Below the pieces are notes generated by a model that searched no databases, was not told where the DNA came from, and was given only the letters and a program-made list of their open reading frames with translations. Shown here in pieces: positions 61,656 to 64,000 of a DNA stretch of 64,000 nucleotides; positions within the stretch are counted from its first letter, which is position 1, and the number at the start of each line of letters is the position of its first letter. Source of the stretch: Phoronis australis. Its lineage: Eukaryota > Animalia > Phoronida. The position numbers were made by a program, and so were the translations under genes. The stretch lies in NCBI GenBank assembly GCA_002633005.1, contig NMRA01000047.1, forward strand, positions 1,229,911-1,293,910, in the 5' to 3' direction.

Positions 61656-64000
61656 TTTTATTTTCGAGTGCGATTTCAAGTACGCTGACATTAGGCGCGC
61701 CTATATTGATTTTGGACTCCAGTCGAGTTGAAAATGAGATTTCGAGTCTGAGTTCGAGTTCGAGTCTCACATTAGGCACCGGGCCCAGGTCTCTGTTATC
61801 GAGGTCTTGCACTGGTGGCCCTCCTCCAGTTTTTTGCACTTTTCCGTGCAGCATCCAACTTTTCCTTGGCTATTCAAGGGAAGCAAAAAACGTGTTATAA
61901 AGAGGTGATCCTTTTTATAGAGAGAGGAGGCATTTTTCGAAGAAGTCTGCAATTATTATTATTAATTATTACACAGTTAACCTTTCATATATCTATACTG
62001 TCGGTAGTTGTTGGCAAACAATTCATTCATCCTTTCCATGGGTCATTATATTGAATTCCATAAATAACAGAATTTTTCATTACGTTCAATTACTTTTCTG
62101 ATTTTTTAATGAAACAATACCCAATGGCGAGAAATATTTTTTGCCATTATTAGTCAAGCGAACAGTGACAAACGCAACACAAAGCAACAAAATACAAAAT
62201 CAAAATATGGTATTTGTGAGTAAAGTTTCTCAACTACCTACATCTTTGCTTTACATTGAAATATTTCTTTCTGCATTCCTCTGCACTTCGCTTCATGCTA
62301 CCCTGGCTGAAAAAGTAATTAGGCTTTTCACGAACGGAAAGCAGAGGCGGATTTAAGGGGGAGAAGAGCTAGCAGCAAAGCGCCCATACAATAGACAGAG
62401 CTATTAATAAAATCGGCATGGCCACTGATAAAATTGGCATATGAGACCCCAAAATAACGACATGGCCTGGTTATACAAATTATCCCAAAACACTGACATC
62501 AAAGATAAAAAACGCTGAGAAGCACATTTACTGGGCAGTTGGAGGGCGAGAGCTTATAATAGGCATGATTCCCTCCTGCTGTTGCTTCTAATAACTTGCA
62601 TCACCGGCCATGTTAGTCAGCCCCACGGGGTGCTCGCTAAACTGAAGGGCAATTGGTGTCAAATTGTGAAGTGACGGACGTGAAAGGGAATTTGAGTTTG
62701 CGAACTGAATAAATCCTTGCTTACTTCAATAGCTCACTTGCGAGTTTCTCGTTAGTCACTGTGACGTCACCGGAAAGGGGGCAAAACCCGCCATATTGCT
62801 CTTGTTTTGCCCCCAGTCTTTGCTACACACGCTAAAACTTACTGGAGTTCTTATGGTGAATTTTACGCTTAAAACGTTAAAACAACTTAACATAATGGTA
62901 GATGGGTCGTGGAATAACTGTGAATGGACGAAGAAAATGTGAACTCGTTATGTTGTGCGAAGTTGTGAACGGACTGAAATTGGAACTTAACCCGCTCTAG
63001 GCTTGAGTGGCGCAGGCATACAGGGGCGATAGTGTATCCTCATAAAAAGATATTCACTTCAAAATACAGCAAATAAAATCAAATGAAACATGCATATGTG
63101 CACATGAAGTTATAACTAACACATACCCTGACTCTGGACACAATTTAGTCTACAAATAACTTGAGCATATTCATGAAAACCTCGCAATTCTCTCGAGTTT
63201 CTCTCACCAGCCGCCATTTTGAGGACGTTACGTGAAATCACGCCTGTTGACGAACAAAAAGTCCAAGGGACACAAATCTTACAAATTTCACTTGATATTT
63301 TCTTGAAAACAAACAAAAAAAGCCTGAATTGGCAAGCGGCGTACAACAAATCCCTTATTTTTGAAATATGGATGCATCGCTAATCAAAAGTCACTTCCCA
63401 CACAATGACAATCTTTTTAAATTATTTTTTAATTTCTTTTTAAATTCTATTATCATTATAATTAAACATAATACTTTTTACAGACACCTGAAAATGAAGA
63501 GCGAACATTCATAATGGCATGCGAAGTTGATTACCATCAATTATTTCTTTATTATACTCAATGGAACAAAAAATACATCATCTGAGTTCGGCACCAGATT
63601 ACTAACTTCAAAGGTGTTACGGAAACTCATAAGAAATACACTTGACATTTAATGCTGCCTCTATAAAAGTTTTCATATCCATTCTGACTTGAACAAACTG
63701 ACAAAGACCCCAAGAAGTGTGTTAAATGCACGTGGTAAGCGTCAAAAGTATTCGGACCAAATTACCCCAAATACCTCATCATGATGAATGGCCAGAAGCC
63801 AACTTCACAGTCAGAGCAGTCTCCTCTCATGACTGAGAACGAATGGGAATTAACTAGAACGTTAGTACGGTGACTAAATCATTCTGCAATTAGACTTTTG
63901 TCATCAAAAAAACTTATTACCTGTCCAGTCAGTTTCGCTGTTAGCAGAATTAGACGCCACGATGGGGAAACAGCATTTTGCCTGATAACCTTTGTCATAT

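Larger units (their letters stand above)
51518..61786. mobile_element. Harbinger/PIF element C, about 10.3 kb, both TIRs present, with convergent Myb-like (+) and transposase (-) genes
   Basis: GGGTCCGGTGCCTAATGTCAGACTCGAACTCG...CGAGTTCGAGTCTCACATTAGGCACCGGGCCC with TCGA-rich subterminal repeats. Flanks read CTG and CAG (CWG-like but not identical). Confidence 0.85.
49989..62306 (-). pseudogene. Myb/SANT-like accessory gene of Harbinger element B, split by insertion of element C
   Basis: Exons 62306-62242 (KRSAEECRKKYFNVKQR), 61869-61789 (KTGGGPPVQDLDNRD, cut by the C TIR) and about 50140-49989 (IDLAVLENTRLDNERLKL coiled coil). Each is paralogous to an exon in element C. Confidence 0.7.

Overview
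Intron-rich, AT-rich animal genomic DNA, probably from an invertebrate bilaterian; the species cannot be read from the sequence. Host genes: (1) the last coding exon of a WBP4/FBP21-like gene (+, 817-1132); (2) a complete AMPA/kainate-class ionotropic glutamate receptor (iGluR) gene on the minus strand (35020 to 9726). I assembled it by hand into 16 in-phase exons (2769 nt, 922 aa). The main result is that the exon encoding the M3 gate helix (SYTANLAAF), the M3-S2 linker and the start of the S2 ligand-binding lobe is present twice. The copies are intact, 199 nt each, same phase and 62% identical in protein (16241-16439 and 15058-15256). This is the signature of mutually exclusive splicing of the channel gate, a different module from vertebrate flip/flop. 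The receptor also has atypical ligand-binding residues and a probable GC-AG first intron. The rest is transposon-rich: four TTAA-flanked Kolobok-type elements (THAP plus KolX/P2X7-ballast-like remnants, one with two copies of the same end), a 527-bp Gypsy-derived insert with inverted rather than direct LTR ends and a perfect 5-bp target duplication, a nest of three related Harbinger/PIF elements (about 42.6-62.3 kb), an orphan two-exon DEG/ENaC fragment, MITEs and tandem repeats. All calls come from manual reading and translation; no database search was run.
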